The position numbers and the translations under genes are program-made. A stretch of 64,000 nt of DNA from Blasia pusilla (Eukaryota). The DNA lies in contig CM114271.1 in assembly GCA_050084515.1 (NCBI GenBank), positions 38,068,001-38,132,000 of the forward strand. The letters are read 5' to 3'. The notes under the pieces are model-generated. The model searched no databases, was not told the origin of the DNA, and saw nothing but the letters and a program-made list of their open reading frames with translations. Of this stretch, positions 11,511 to 25,965 are shown piece by piece (position 1 is the stretch's first letter; the number at the start of each line of letters is the position of its first letter).

Positions 11511-14500
11511 TATAACCAAATATTTTCAACGGTCCACTCTATTCTATTAAAGATTAGATTGTGCAATTTTTTTACTCTCTTTCTTTCATGTTTTTTCTTT
11601 TCTTGGTCTTCTCTTGATATTTATTTTATAATAAAGTGGATATATAATGAGAGGATTCTTTCAAATTTCTTTTTCTCTTAATTTGAAAAAAAGAAACGTT
11701 TTATTCCATTATGTTCTTTATACAAATTTAGTTTTTAGACTCATTATGGTATTTCGGCTATATTCGTATTAGAATTATGAAAACACATTTCAAATCCAAG
11801 AATCTTTAACCCAACTATATTCACAACTAAGACCCTACCTTCTCTAGGCATAATTTCTCTCTAGGGAGATTTAAATAAATGAAAGTATCTATTATTTTCA
11901 AACTGACCGTGTGGGGAAAAGGAGGGTTTTCACTTCATGTTGTTTTACACGTATGCCCAAAAAGTTTGGATACTCTCCAAAAATGGCACTTATATGAGTT
12001 TTGGTTGAGTTTCAACCAATGGGCTTTGAGGGGGCCATTCCACTTCTTTGGAATTTAAACTCTTCTCATATATCCATTTTATAATAAAATAAACCTCAAA
12101 AAAGGACAAAGAAAGGTAATAACATCTTAAAAGAGTCAAAAATGCATGAAAGAATGCAAAAAAGAAAATGGCAACTAGCCAACGTAAACACCGACTCAAC
12201 GAGCTACACGATTGATGGCATGAAACAAATCTGACAAGAACACGAGTGTTTGGTCAGACGTGAATGGACGATGAGACGAGTGACCCCCCACCACCTCCGC
12301 GTATCAATGCCAAGGCTTGTGCACGTTGTAAGGCCACTGAGATGCATTGCCGAAAATAAGTAATAACTATAGAGAGAGAAGGACTACGGGAAGGGCCAAG
12401 ATGATGATTCTCGAGGGAGTCGTGAGCACATGTTTCCAGGAAAGTATCAAAAGACACATATAAATGACCGGATACTTCCATTGCAAAAGGAATAAATCCA
12501 TCAGTCGCATGTCTCATAGCATAACTTAACTCCTTGATTCTTGCTACAGCTTCAGCCGCCAAACCTTTGGTATGTGTGGCTCGACACATCAAGTCAAAAC
12601 GTGTTGGATCAGCAACCACCACATCACCTAGTGTCCGGAATCCACCTCGAGATATAACAAGATCCACTCTCCGATGAAATGTTGCTTGTGTGGTTGAAGG
12701 TAGGACATGAAGTTGCTCTTGCCCAACGGTATATCCTACAGTATGAGCCATCGATGCTACCGTCTCTCTAATGATATCATGTATGGCCGTTTGTTTGCCA
12801 CCATGGGCATATCGCAGAATATGGATACCCTTGGCATCAATGAGATCCCTGCATACACAATTCGGCATACCTAACAGAAAAGGATGGGGAAGTCCAAGAC
12901 GTAATTACAAAGTTGTCGAGAATATACTTCGAGGAAAACGAAATGGAAGAATAAGAGGATTTGCAATAAGCCACGCCCCCGCTCCGATACCCGCACATGA
13001 ACGCAGACGAGCTCGATAAGCGTCAGAGGATGCCTCGGAGAGAATGCTGGAAAAGTTGATTTGATACAGATTCTCGGAGATATGCTCTTGAAGTCGATCA
13101 AGCCCTTCCGTAATCAATTGACTGAAAGGGGGTAGAATTGCTTATGTAGCAAAAGGAAGAAGAGCTCTTGCAGATCTCAGTTGTTGTTGAAATAACAAGT
13201 CCTCCTCCTCTACATGGGCGATATGATCCATCAAGATAGGTGTATCTCCTTGGAGAAACCTTGAAGCCATAATCGTTGCTACCAACACCCAACTCCCCAA
13301 AAAGGCTACGGGAGGAGATGTGACAATGGAGGACAGTCCCGCCCCTCCAAAAGAAATAGGCAAGATAGCTTGTTTTGAAGCAAAGACACCATCGTCTCCC
13401 TCAAAGGTATTCGGGCCAAGAAGTTGACCAAAAGTTGCCAAGATAGAAGCGTCAAAGAGGCCAACCGATGTAAGAACCTTGAAGTGAGAGGACAAGCGCG
13501 AAGAAGGTACAAAGGACGTCGTAGAAAACATTGGGAGAGAATCCCATAAGCCATTTGGGGATTCCCTAGATGAGGTAACAAATGAAGCCATTCCACGTCT
13601 TTCAAAAGGGCCTCATCTAAGAACTTTGAGACATAGTCGATGAAGCCAATAGGGACCCCAAGAACCCTAACCCCTTCAATGTAGATGGGAAAATCAAGAG
13701 TAGGTGGGATGAATGTTGAGGGAAGGCATGAAGGAGACCATACTCCACATTTACTAGGTTGGACTTTAAAGTTTAAGAAAGAGAGTTGCTCCACGAAATG
13801 GGTATAAGCAGGAACCACTTCAGAAGGAGGACTTATAATGTGAGTGTCATCAGCAATAGAAGGGAAAAGACAAGATGGAAATGCTTGCATTGATGCTCAA
13901 AGGGCACGAAAATGGGCAATGGCAAAGAGTGGGCCACCCATGGGATCACTTTGACGTGTGCCACAAGCCGATTGTAGAATACTATATTCACGGGAAGTAG
14001 CATGATGGGAATAGATAATGGGCATATCATAGGCATAGAAGGAGCGAACAAATGGAATGAGGATCGCAAGTTGTCCTCCTGCACAACATAACTCCTCAAA
14101 GATGGCTGCACGAGAAACTGAATTGAATGCGTTAGCCACATCCACTTGAATTTCTACCCAATCTGGATGAATATCAGGTGTGGAGTGAATCCCATGCACC
14201 GCATCTTCACAACCTCCAAGATTTGCCACTCCAAATTGATGAGGAAATAAGTGGGCACTAAAGTGAGGACGAAATTGCAAGCATAGGGATTGACTAACCA
14301 AGCGGTATAAAACCTCTCCAATAACCAAAGGACGCACACCTGAAGGAGGTTTATCCATAGCCAACAAACGACAAGCCCTTAAGAGCCTAGAGATAGAGAA
14401 TGGGAGACGACATGCCGCCATATGTGCATACACCTTATATAAAAAGACAAAGCCACTTGTTGAATCTGTCGAGATAAAGCAATCACAGAGATGCTCAAAA

Positions 14501-14549
14501 ACCATTCCTGATAGCCCGTTTGCTAATAAGCGATGAGTATGTAGAAAAG

Positions 14550-14859
14550 TGTAGAAAACTCTTAAAGAAGCATAACTGGTGAGAAACGGCTCACACTCTC
14601 ACACCACCATGGAGAACAAAATTTGCAATGAGAGGATAAGTGGAGGTTGGTTCCCTTCTCAATTATATAGGATATGTACAAGCAACCCTAATCCTAACCT
14701 TAACCATAATCTCGAGTTAGACTAACTGTGATTAACTAATCCTAATTAAGATAATCGTGCTTAACTGACTAACCAAGATTAAGCTTCCTTACTTCGTGTG
14801 AGTACCAAATATAGTAGTTCAAGTGTCTCATGAGCTTGAATGTAACTCAATCTTCAATA
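14550..14859 (-). repeat. Copia 3' LTR (310 bp)
   Basis: About 90% identical by eye to 18786-19097 and adjacent to the PPT. Confidence 0.93.
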
Positions 14860-17800
14860 TCCCCCCTCAATCTCATACCGATATCTCTAACGCCTAAATC
14901 ATTTCTAAACATCTCAAACTTATCTCTCGACAATGCCTTTGTAAAGATGTCAACAATGTGCTGATCTGTACATATATTCACAAGATTTATTTCTCCTGCA
15001 AGCACTTTCTCTCTGATAAAATGATAGTGCATCTGAATATGCTTTGTACGAGCATGAAACATAGAGTTATTAGCAAGCTTGATGCTACTAATATTATCTG
15101 CATATATTACACTAGGTCATAAGTTACTAACACCAATCTCAACAAGTAATCAATGAAGCCACACCGCCTCACATGCTGCATTGGTTGCTCCTCTGTACTC
15201 ATCCTCTGTTGAAGATAAAGCAACTATGGTTGCTTCTTTGAAGCCCAACTTATAACTGCGCTTCCCAAAGTAAATGAATAACCAGATGTGGAGTGTCGAT
15301 CAGACACGATTCTTGCCAAATCAACATATGTGAATCCCTGTACTTGAAAACTCGGAGAAGTTTCAAATTGAAGCATGAATTGAATAGAGAATTTCACATA
15401 CCGCATAATCCTCATCACAACATCAAGGTGAGTTTTCAAGGTGCTTGCATAAACTGGCTCACTAGGCCAACAACATAACTCAAATATGGTCTGGTTATAG
15501 TTAGATAGATCAAACTTCCAACCATGCGCCTATACATATTAGAATCTACAAGAAACTCTCCTTCAGCCACTCTTAGCTTCATACTCTGGTCCAACGGTGT
15601 AGATATTGGCTTACAAGCTGTCATACCATATTTTGAAAGCATATGAAGAGCATATTGTCATTGTAGTAATCACATGCTCTCTCCAACCTTGATAAACTCA
15701 ATACCAAGAAAGTACTTGAGTTATCTCAAGTCCTTCATATCAAATTCTGCTTGTAACTTAAGCTTCATTTGTTGTACCATTTCTTCAGTACTCCCAATAA
15801 TCAGGAGATCGTCAACATACAACACAATGAGAACCATATGATCTTGTCCTCTCAAGATATATAACAAGGAGTTAGAATCACATATCCTAAAACCCAACTC
15901 TTGTAGGACGTATGTAATCTTGCCATACCAAGCTCTTAGAGCTTGTTTGAGCCCGTATAAAGCTTTCTTCAACTTGCATACGCGAAATGGAAACTTGGGA
16001 TGCTCGTATCCAGGTGGTTGAGTCATATATATCTCCTCGTATAGATCTCCATTAAAGAAGCCATTCTTGATATCCATGTGATATAATCTCCACTTCTTAC
16101 TTATTGCAACTGCAACCACTGTTATAGTAGTCGCCATCTTTGCAACAGGGCTAACTATTTCCTCATAATTGATACCATATTGTTGTGCATAGCCCTTATC
16201 CACTAATCTCGCTTTGTATCTGTTAATTGTACCATCTTGATTGCGCTTGATTTTGTAAATCCATTTGCAACCAATAGCTTCCTTGCCAAAAGATATGTCA
16301 ACCAGCTCCCATGTTTGTTAATGTCTTAATGTAGCAAGCTCTTCCTCCATAGCTTCAATCTATTCGACTTTACTTACAACTTCTTCAAAATAACTCGGCT
16401 CTTGTTCTTGAAGGGTAGTCATCATATATGCATGATGTGTCGTAAGGAAACCTTCATTTATGAATCTGTGAACTAGATGTGTAACTCTACTTGATCTACG
16501 AAGTTTTTGTTTAGAAGTAGATGCCTCTTACACCTTACTTGAGCTCTGACTAGTATCAACAGATTGCATACATACTCTTTCTGTCCATAGACTCACACAT
16601 TTAATTGATGAATCTAGGACCTCTCCTAATCCTGCACTAGTACTTGGGGAAGTTGAAGACAATGTCTGTTGGTTTACCGTCATATTCTTCCCCTTAACAC
16701 ATGAGTTTCAAGGTGGAATAGGCTCAGATGGAGCATACCATGACTTTAACTCATCAAAGACAATATCGCGACTAATAATAAGCTGCCTAGAGGATGGAAT
16801 GTAGCACTTATACCCCTTAGTTCCATCAACATAGTTAATGAAGATACATCTTTCAAACTTGGGGTCTAATTTCTAACGTCTCTCAAAAGGAATATGAGCA
16901 TAACAAATACAGCCAAATACTTTCAAGAAGGAGAAATCAGGTTTACTTCCTATGAAGACTTTGAATGGTGTTTTATCATGAACTCTTGTTATTGGAGTTC
17001 GGTTGATTAAGAAGACTACACATGCTACAGCCTCCACCCAATACACCTTAGGCATGTTCTTCTCATTCAGCATAGCTCGTGTCGCTTCAGCAATATGTTG
17101 ATTCTTCCTCTCAGCCATTCCATTTTATTGTGGAATGTAGCGGCAAGTCACTTGATGTTGGATGTCATTCTGACGTAAATAGTCATCAAACTCTGTTGAA
17201 AGATACTCTCCTCCTCCATCACAACGCAATTTCAAAATGTGTTCTCCAGTCTGCTTCTCTACTAGAACTCTGAATGTTTGGAATATTGAAAATATCTCTA
17301 ACTTGGCTTTCAGAAAGTATATCCATATATAGCTAGAGAAGTCATCAATAAATGAAACAAAGTACTTGAAACCACTAAGGCTACGTTGTGATGTTGTCCA
17401 CACATCACTGTGGATCAACTCCAATATCCTGGATGCTCTTCTACTTTGCTTTGGAAAAGAAAATCTAGCTTGTTTTCCAAATTGGCAAGCAGGACATACC
17501 TCTAACGTAGCAGGACTCGCTAATTTTGGGAGTCCTATTACTATATTAAATGATGAAAGACTATGTAATCTTTGAAGATTCATATGTCCAATTCTTTTAT
17601 GCTACATATTTAGATTTGTGACTTGTTGGCCGGTTTGACCCTACATTGTTGTTTGAATCTCTAGCAGAGAAACATCTAATTTGAACATTCTGTCAGATCT
17701 AGTTCCTTTGGCTATCGTAGTCTGGTCATCCATTGTTTGAATGAAACAACCATCTGCGTTAAACTTCACTTGATAATCCTATTCTACTATCTGTCCTACA

Positions 17801-18785
17801 GAGATCAGATTTCTTGCAATGGTAGGAACATAGAGAACATTTCCAAGAGCACAAAGACCATCTGATGCTATTGGAACTTTACCGGTATGCGTGATATGAT
17901 GTTAAGTGTCATCTTTTGTGAGCAAAATTGCACGATCTTTCACCGGCTCCAAACTACTGAACCATTTAGCTTGTGAGGTCATGTGATTTGATGCATCAGA
18001 GTCAATGTACCAATCTGCTGTTGAGTCTTTCTTGACCATTGCTCCCATATGATGAGTCATGACCAAGAGATGCTGTGTTTGTGAATGTTGTTGTTCTTGG
18101 TATTGTTCTTGGTGTTGTTGCTCCACATAGTTTTGTTGCTGTAAGGCTCCTATTCTCATATTTGCCTTCTTCTTGAAGCAAAACTTTGCATAGTGAATCT
18201 TTATCCCACAGTAATTATAAAATTCAGGGACCCTCTACTATTGACCTCGACCCCAACAGTTTCCACCATCACCACCTTGTGATTGTGTCTGGTACTGGCT
18301 CGTAGTTGATTGAGTGACGTTATGTTGAATGTCTCTTCCTCCATAGCAATCGACCAAAAATTTGCCAAAATTGATCAACTGTATGAAAGAACTAGTTGAA
18401 ATTGGCTTGTAGAGGGCAAATTGCACAACTTTTCTTCACTAATTGCACTTTCCTACACTGAAATTGCTATTGCATGAGCTCAGAATGTCAGAATTGAGCA
18501 ATTGTTGGGTGCTTTGGAAATTTCTCGATGAGCTCTACAAGATAGCTAGAACCAGCCTTTGGCATTATTTTGGCTGTTGCGGATCCAGAAGGCTAAATCG
18601 ACCAAGGAAGCCCTAAAAAACGCCTCCAAAGTTTTATCATTGTCAAAGCTCCACCTGAAATCTGCATCCACTGAGCTTTGAACAAAATTTCCTTCTCCCA
18701 AATTGAAGCTGTGCCTTCTCTTGCCTCTCTTCTCTCCTCAAACACCAAGAATTTCAAGTGATGTTCTCCTATCGCTCTAATATCA

Positions 18786-19097
18786 TGTTGAAAACTGCTA
18801 AAGAAGCATAATTGGTGGGAAACGGCTCTCACACTCACACACCACCATGGAGAACAAAATTTGCAATGAGAGAATGAGTGGAGGCTGATCCCCTTCTCAA
18901 TTATATAGGGTATGTACAAGCAACCCTAACCCTAACCCTAACCATAGTCTCGAGTTAGACTAACTGTGGTTAACTAATCCTAGTTAAGATAATCACGCTT
19001 AACTGACTAACCAAGATTAAGCTTCCTTACTTCGTGTGAGTACCAAATGTAGTAGTTGAGGTATCTCATGAGCTTGATTGTAACTCAATCTTCAATA
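18786..19097 (-). repeat. Copia 5' LTR (312 bp)
   Basis: Adjacent to the PBS. Contains a TATATAA on the - strand (~18901-18907) and a CCCTAA run (~18924-18941). Confidence 0.93.
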
Positions 19098-22000
19098 AAA
19101 AAAAACCCTTGTGAAAACCTCCTAGTCAAGATCCGTTATATAGTCTTCCACAAAAGGTGGAGCATCGCCACTTGAAGGAGGGTAAAGAGCTTCTAAGAGA
19201 GCCACTGTTTCCGCACTTGGAACCGCCGGAGAAAGAGGACCCAATGCTCGAGTTGCACGTGAAAACTCACCAACCTGCCCCAAAAGTAGACTTCGTCAAA
19301 GGCGTTGTTGTATTGATGGCCTCCCATTATTGGCATGTTGAGAGGGATGAGCCGCAGCTTAGGCCTCTGCTCGAAGTACATGCTCATTCTAAAGATTCTC
19401 CCAATCCCCAGACATAAAGCGTTGAATACGTGTGGAGGTTTCACGATGACCCGTCGCACCACCCCTTGAAGGGAAGAATAAAACCCATTATGGAAAGAGA
19501 AATAGGAGACACCAAGTATTTATATCTATGGGATCACGCGCTAACCTTTCTAATGGGAAAAGCAAAGCTTGTTGGGTGATGGGTCAAAGAGCAATAGGAA
19601 TGCGAGTGTAGAGTCTAAGACGAGGAAGACCTAGATGGAAAGAGCGAAGGAGATCAATTTGGCTTAACCAGGTCCAAGCAGTTGTTGAGGGGAATGCAGT
19701 AGGAGGTGGTATTGGGTTAGGGATTGAAGGCCCATGCATGGATCAATAGTACCGCTGATGTCTTTTGATCCTATTAGGAGCAAACTCCTTACCACAAGGT
19801 ATGCAACAAACCTTTGGCACAAATGGAGAAGTAGAAGGGTTACATGGAGAGGAGGTGGGAGGTGCGAGAGGTGGTGATGGACAACAATGAGGGGGTAAGT
19901 AGGTTGGGGAAGGAGGAGGAGGAAGAGGGGATATTCGGGTAGAATATATGGGAGTTGGAAGCAAGGGCATAGATGAGATATGTGGGGATGGAAAAATAGA
20001 AGGATTTGGTAATAATGGATCAAGATTAGGCTCAATAGGACAAGACAAAGAGGGGAGAAGAGGAGAATCCGGAAGAAATGCAGCGAGTGTAATTGGTGTA
20101 TTAGCATCTGGAGGAAAATGGTGAGATCTACGATGAGGAGGTGAATTGGGAGGAGATGTTATGGCTGTATGAGGGCGTGTAAAACCAGATAAGCGAGTAG
20201 ATGGAGAATCCAACTCCATCTCTGATGACATAGAAGCAAAGGTAGGCAAGTCATCGAAGACAAGGGAAGACATATGAAACGTGGTTTGGAGAAAGCATGA
20301 GGATAACGAGAAAAAAAAAAGTAATGGAATCCGTCTAAAAGAAATTTCGATGGAGAGAAAAAGATTAGGCAATTCCGAATTTACGATTGAAAGTTACTAT
20401 AAGAAAAATACAACCAACCCTATACATCTTCTTCCCAAGTTTCTTTTGTTTGCTATAGGCTTAAGCAGCCTTATTCTTCCCTTGTGAAAATTTCAAGGAT
20501 CACCCATATGTAACATCATCTAAGACTCCACTCCTCCTAAACCCAAAGTGATGTAAAAAAATTCAAGACAAGAATGCCCTACAACTCTACTTCTTGAAAG
20601 AATGTCCAATTGATTATCATCCATTCCACACATATTTATAAAAATCTTCCAACCCTTACAAAAAAATTATGTCGGCTCCGTTGTGAATATTGATTTATGT
20701 GGGAATTGGACCCATAAGGTTATCACTCAACCAAGAACCATCAAGAGCTCCTACAAATTTTTCAAATGCCCTTCCAAAATTCTATGACGTACTATTGAAT
20801 GGAATCTTGGAAATAGTGACTCTAATTCACCAACATTCCTTTCCATGATTCTTCATGGAGTTGTGAGGATGGGGGCGGATTCTTCACCCTTAATCTTTTC
20901 AATGCTATCATTATTGTCTATATTCTCTTTCATTGCATCCTTAAAGTGATGCCCGATCTACTTATATCCCGCTTGAGCCTTGCGAGCCAACCCAATCCAT
21001 TGATGCCATAATCCATTTTTTAGTTGATTTTCCCCCTCTTCTTCCCCTTTCATTATTTTCTCCTTCCAATGAACTACGGAATGGATGCACATGATCATCT
21101 AATCTAATCTAATCTACTTGTTTACACAATTCAAAAAAATCATTGTCACTCACACATTTATAACGAGTTCCATCTCAAATTTCCACATTTGGTTTGAAAA
21201 CATACATCGACTTCCATACACTAAAGGAAGTTTGAGCTGCTTATACTCTCTATTTTATCTCTACTAGCTTAATGGTCCATGAGATGCTGAAAAAATTACT
21301 CTAAACTATTTTTTAAATATAATTTTAAAAAATAAAATAATTCAACGATAATTTTATATTAGCCTTAATGAAAAATATTTTGACATAATCAACAAATATT
21401 GAAAGGATAAAGGGAATCCATAGAGCATCTTTTATTCTTGAACTCCTGACATTTGTAATAGTATATAATAGTTTATATTTCTCATGCGATCCAAGATGCC
21501 TGCATTTATCACCTTCCATCATATATCTATTTGCTTCCTACCTTGCCTTCAACTTGTCTTTCTTTGTCTTGACCATCCTCTACTTTTCACTACCATCATC
21601 TTTCCTCTATATCCTTGTTCATCATATGCTATTCATTTAATTTTTGTCCAACAAGCCTCCATTTTTCTCCACCTCATATGTCATGTGATTTTCATATCTA
21701 TATCATCCTTTGTGTCAATCTTTTGTCAATACAATTTACTTTTATCCACTCCATAGTATTTTTTAAAAATTATCAATATTTTTCCGATATTTTCATTTAT
21801 ACCCCATTTCCTTAGGGTTGAGAGCGTCCCCCACTATCCAACGGGGGAATTGAACTAGAGACGTATTTGAGAGGATCTTAAAATATAAACTATTAAAGAT
21901 GCATGCCTCCAAAAAATTTGTTTATATAGCTTTCTTTACCTTTATCTCTACCACAACTCAAGTTACTCAACTCATTTTTGTTCCATCATTGATTATCTAA

Positions 22001-24699
22001 TTCAATCTTCCATTCCATGATGGCCCTTCTAATTTTCCTATATTCATCATCTATCCTCATCCTTGTAGCTTGCCTGACCATCATGTCATTCTCATTTATT
22101 TATCTTTTTCTATTATACCCATCCCCACTTACTCCCAAACTCCATGATGTTTTTCACTTAAAATGATTTGTCCTTCTCAACCTACCTATGTGTATCCCTC
22201 CAATTTTCCTATTCGTGTCAATTCACCTCCAAACACTAGACTGCCCTTACCATGACGACATCACTTAATTGGTGGTAATTTTGTGTACAATCTACCTAGG
22301 ACTTCATATTCTATCTTTTTTCTTTCTATCGCCGAATATTTTTCTAGTATCATTTTTACCCAACATGTCTTTTGTCCATTAGCTTTTGTTGTATGTTCCA
22401 ACCTACTTATCGTGCCGCTTTGACTAGTCCATTCCCACCCACTCATGGATCTAGAACCATTCTATCACTATTATCTATCATCATATATCTCAAACATATA
22501 ACCTACCTTAGTTGATCCAACGGATATTTTCATCCCACTTTCTTTCATATATTTCTTTTTCCATCTTGACTTACGTTCATTTGCTCCTCTAATATGTATA
22601 TATCCAGCCTCCCTCCCTCCCTCCCTTCCAACCACTGTACATCCCTTTTAGATATCACTCGTTGATCATTGTATCATTATAAAGAATCTAACAATAGTTA
22701 ATTTTCTAATTCTCCTTATTCCATCATTTCTAATAAAAGAATTCATTTCTCCTGTCTTACACTTCATAATCCATTATTTAATATATGTCCAATATGTGTT
22801 TGTGTATCTTAACTAAGATGAGTCCATATCATGTTTTCCAAATTAATATATTTTATATTTGGTTCGTCTTAAAAAACATATGATTTGAATATGTTTTCAA
22901 CATTTATTCATATTGAGGATATTTTAATACCATATTATGTTTGTTTTTTGGTATCTTATTTTTCATATTTAAAAATAAAATAACTATATTATTATTTCTG
23001 TAAATTTTTGCACCATACTTATAAATTATGATGGAAATGGGATTTTTCTTAAGAAACTATTATCTACTAAATGACTTTTTTTATTTTATATTAATTAATT
23101 TCCAATAGGAGTCACTAATGGACACTTGTACGATGCACGATTTAAATTACCCATCAATATGGATATGACTAATGTTTAATTAACCCCCAAAATTGTTAAG
23201 TGATATCCTAAATCAAATTCGGATGATCCTATTGGTTGAGAGATTGGTGTCCTATTGGTAAATTTAAAACTGAGATCTTCATAAAGATACCTGATTTAAA
23301 ATTTTAAATAAATATCACTAAAAATCATACTTTTTTTAAGAATATACATCTGCTTTCAATTTAAGATATTTCTAAAAAAATATCTTCTATTTATTCAAAG
23401 AAAATCAATCAAAAAACTAGTATGATGCTCTTTCTATTATTTGGAAACTCTTGATGAAATAAGAAATACTTTCGAATATGAAAGAAAAACTTCATAATAA
23501 AAATATATAGATCTCAAATCATAGTTTAAATCTCTCATTAAATATTTCACTATCTAACATAATCATTATGGTAGTAAACATATGAAACTAAGAATGAGCA
23601 AAAGAAAAAAATTTGTGGATAAATTCTGAATCCCTAGCTTGCATTGCACTAATAATTAATTTGAGAAATCTTGATCTTCTACATCTCTCATTAATACAAT
23701 CTTAACATCTTACCCAATTTTTTAATTCTAAGAAAAGAGCTCATTTGAGAAATTAAATATAAACCCAAAAGTATCCTCCTCTATAAGTCACTTCAAATTG
23801 AAAAGTTTTAAATGAAAATGATTCTCATGCTCTAATACCACCAATTTTGGTAATATCCACTTTATAGGGTTAGAGGAAAATATTATCTTAGGAAGTTGTG
23901 ATAATATATTTGAACACATGAATCAAGTAAGAAAATTAACATTGATTTTAGTATTTCTTATTACATAGATGCTTAATGGTTTGTTCATTTCTATCATCAT
24001 TTCCATCTTGAATTTTTCAATTTTTGTGCGCTTGTTTGTTAGTCCCATTGACTTCTCCATCCCTTTCATACTTTTATTCCTTCTATCCCTTGTGTCATTA
24101 TGTTGTTTTTGTTGTTTATAGGTCGATCCTTAATATCTATCTATAATCATGAATATCTTGTGTTATTTAAATTATCCCTATCTATTTGTCGTATAGGTCT
24201 TTTGCTTCTATCCACTTCGAAATCATTTGCAATATTTTTTTTGTATGGTTTGAAATTTTCCTTCTAGAATGATGATGCCATTTGTCTCTTTGTATATACT
24301 TTCATGTAATTCCCCTTTCATCCATTTCAAATACATTATCATACACTCCTTATTTCTCCCCCCATGTAGCCTACCATACTGTCTATCCATGTCTACAGAT
24401 CAAATTCCTTTCACCACACATCCTTTTTCTCATCTTAGGTTCTAGTGATAGTCCATTCACATTTCTATCTCTTCCATCCATCTATTTGTAACGTGTTCAT
24501 CCACAAAGTTTTATGCCCTCCTCCCAATATGCATCTAATATTATTTTTCTTCTTTCTTAAGAATTTCATTTTTGGCTAGAATTAAGGGGAAAGTTACTCA
24601 AACATGGAAATCAAACACACATGGGATCATGTACTTTAAAGATCTCCAACTAAATTTTCTTATAGAACCTTACATAGATTGCATAGCTTCTCTCTTATG

Positions 24700-24765
24700 T
24701 CAAACCCAATCCACTCTCATAATGAGAGGCTTGGGTTACTAACCAACAAGTCATCCTCGGCCTAT
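24700..24765 (-). mobile_element. Deleted remnant of the gypsy-family LTR
   Basis: caaacccaatccactctcataatgagaggcttgggttac and caacaagtcatcctcg(g/a)cctat match two separate parts of the LTR at 55036-55679. Confidence 0.6.
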
Positions 24766-25662
24766 AGATGTCAACGCACAACCCCTCTAGGTTTGCCATG
24801 CAGTACTCTTTACTCCAAAATAAATAATGTGATAATGACCACTTCTCATAACTTTATGGTGGGGAGATCAACCGAAGACATAAGATATTTATATGTTAAA
24901 TTTTTATATCATGATGGTGCTCAAACTTGTGTATGTATGGCCCAAAGCAATAAGTAGGCAAGAAATCCAATTCAGGGAAACTCAACTCCCATATCTCCCT
25001 ACCAATATTTTTTTCCTTATTAAAAGTCAACTTAATTTAAAAAAAAACCCAAAATGGTATCCCTCGTGATGTTAGCAACTAGAAAATGGAAGTGTCAAAC
25101 TAGAAAGAGGTAGAGTTCCCTTTAAAGATACCAAAAAATCTCCTTTTTGTATAAAAATAGAAATTCGGGTTTTAAAGTTGATATCAATTCCATATCCACA
25201 CATAGACATTCTCCAAGGTCTTCTACCAAATTTGAAAAAAATCCATTGCGTTTAAGTAATATGTGAGAAGCCTTATAGATAAATAGATCACTTGCTAATC
25301 GACACTCACTTGTGGCTACTTTGCGAGTTAAAATCTTGGTAGAGTTTTTGGACTTTCTTTAAGTAAAAGAACTCAATTTTATCGGCATTCAACTTGCTAT
25401 GGAATCATGCGAAATTTCTAAATTGTGCCCAACTTGCAAACGATCCACATGAAAACTTTCATCCCTCTTTGCATGTTTCTCTTTGCATGTCCCTATGCCA
25501 AACCCAATTATCTTCTACCATTCATCCAATCCTCTATCTTTTCCATTTGATAATGTCTTTTTTCAAAGTGTCGTATCTCATCCAATTTTGGTCCTCCCAT
25601 CCATTTTGTTAGCATGATACTTATTACGGCCCTTATATACACTCCCATTTTTTTCTCATCAT

Positions 25663-25965
25663 CTAACCTATCCACGTGTTTTTCACACGAATTCAATAAC
25701 TAATTTCACCCCTCTCATAGAGCCGCATACTGGTTACGGCCTCTACAAGTTCTCGTTATTTTTTTTTTGCCATCTAGACTATCTCGTGTCGTCGTGTCCT
25801 ATGCACGTATATGTTAATTACTTTCTTTTCCATCCATCTCAAATACCTTGAATCATCTCGCAATTTTTTTCCTCGTGATCTAACCTATCTATCCAAGTGT
25901 TTTTCACACGAATTTTATAACTGATTCCACCTCTCTCTCTCTCTCTCATAGGGCCATACATTGGT
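25663..25965. repeat. Dispersed ~75 bp direct repeat
   Basis: ctaacctat..cca(c/a)gtgtttttcacacgaatt..ataact..tt.cacc.ctctcatag occurs at ~25663-25735 and ~25880-25965. Confidence 0.65.

Larger units (their letters stand above)
14550..19097 (-). mobile_element. Ty1/copia LTR retrotransposon with both LTRs, degenerate
   Basis: LTRs at 14550-14859 and 18786-19097. Degenerate tRNA-Met PBS (TGATATTAGAGC on -, 18774-18785) and PPT (14860-14870). Domain order: knuckle, PR (WYIDSDASNHMT), INT (LIHSDVW, LRCDGGGEY, AERKN), RT (LKKALYGLKQA, LYVDDLLI), RH (HARTKHI). Imperfect TSD AAAAG/AAAAA. Confidence 0.95.
12254..20372 (-). mobile_element. RLE-type (CRE-like) non-LTR retrotransposon, degenerate, interrupted by a copia at 14550-19097
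   Basis: Order on the - strand: Pro/Ser-rich N-terminus with a zinc-finger-like CIPCGKEFAPNRIKRH (ORF 19743-20372); GEFSRATRAL; RT motifs GVRPLVIGE, QFGV..GGCE, VDVANAFNSVSR, GTRQSDPMGG.LF, ADD, GVRVLGVPIG; LRLGL..CVC..H knuckle; RLE motifs RRVDLV...GDVVVADP, RIKELSY, FIPFAMEVSG. The two halves rejoin across the copia (..VEDYITDLD / LHTHRLLANGLSGMVFEHL). Confidence 0.88.

Noticed and set aside
9288-11529. Many overlapping 60-160 aa ORFs
   Set aside because: GC-rich and microsatellite-driven (RERE/LSLS), with no recognisable domains.
18921-18943. Interstitial telomere
   Set aside because: Only about three CCCTAA units inside an LTR, also present in degenerate form in the other LTR.
23829-23845. 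PBS-like GCTCTAATACCA
   Set aside because: No LTR pair or coding remnant could be supported nearby.
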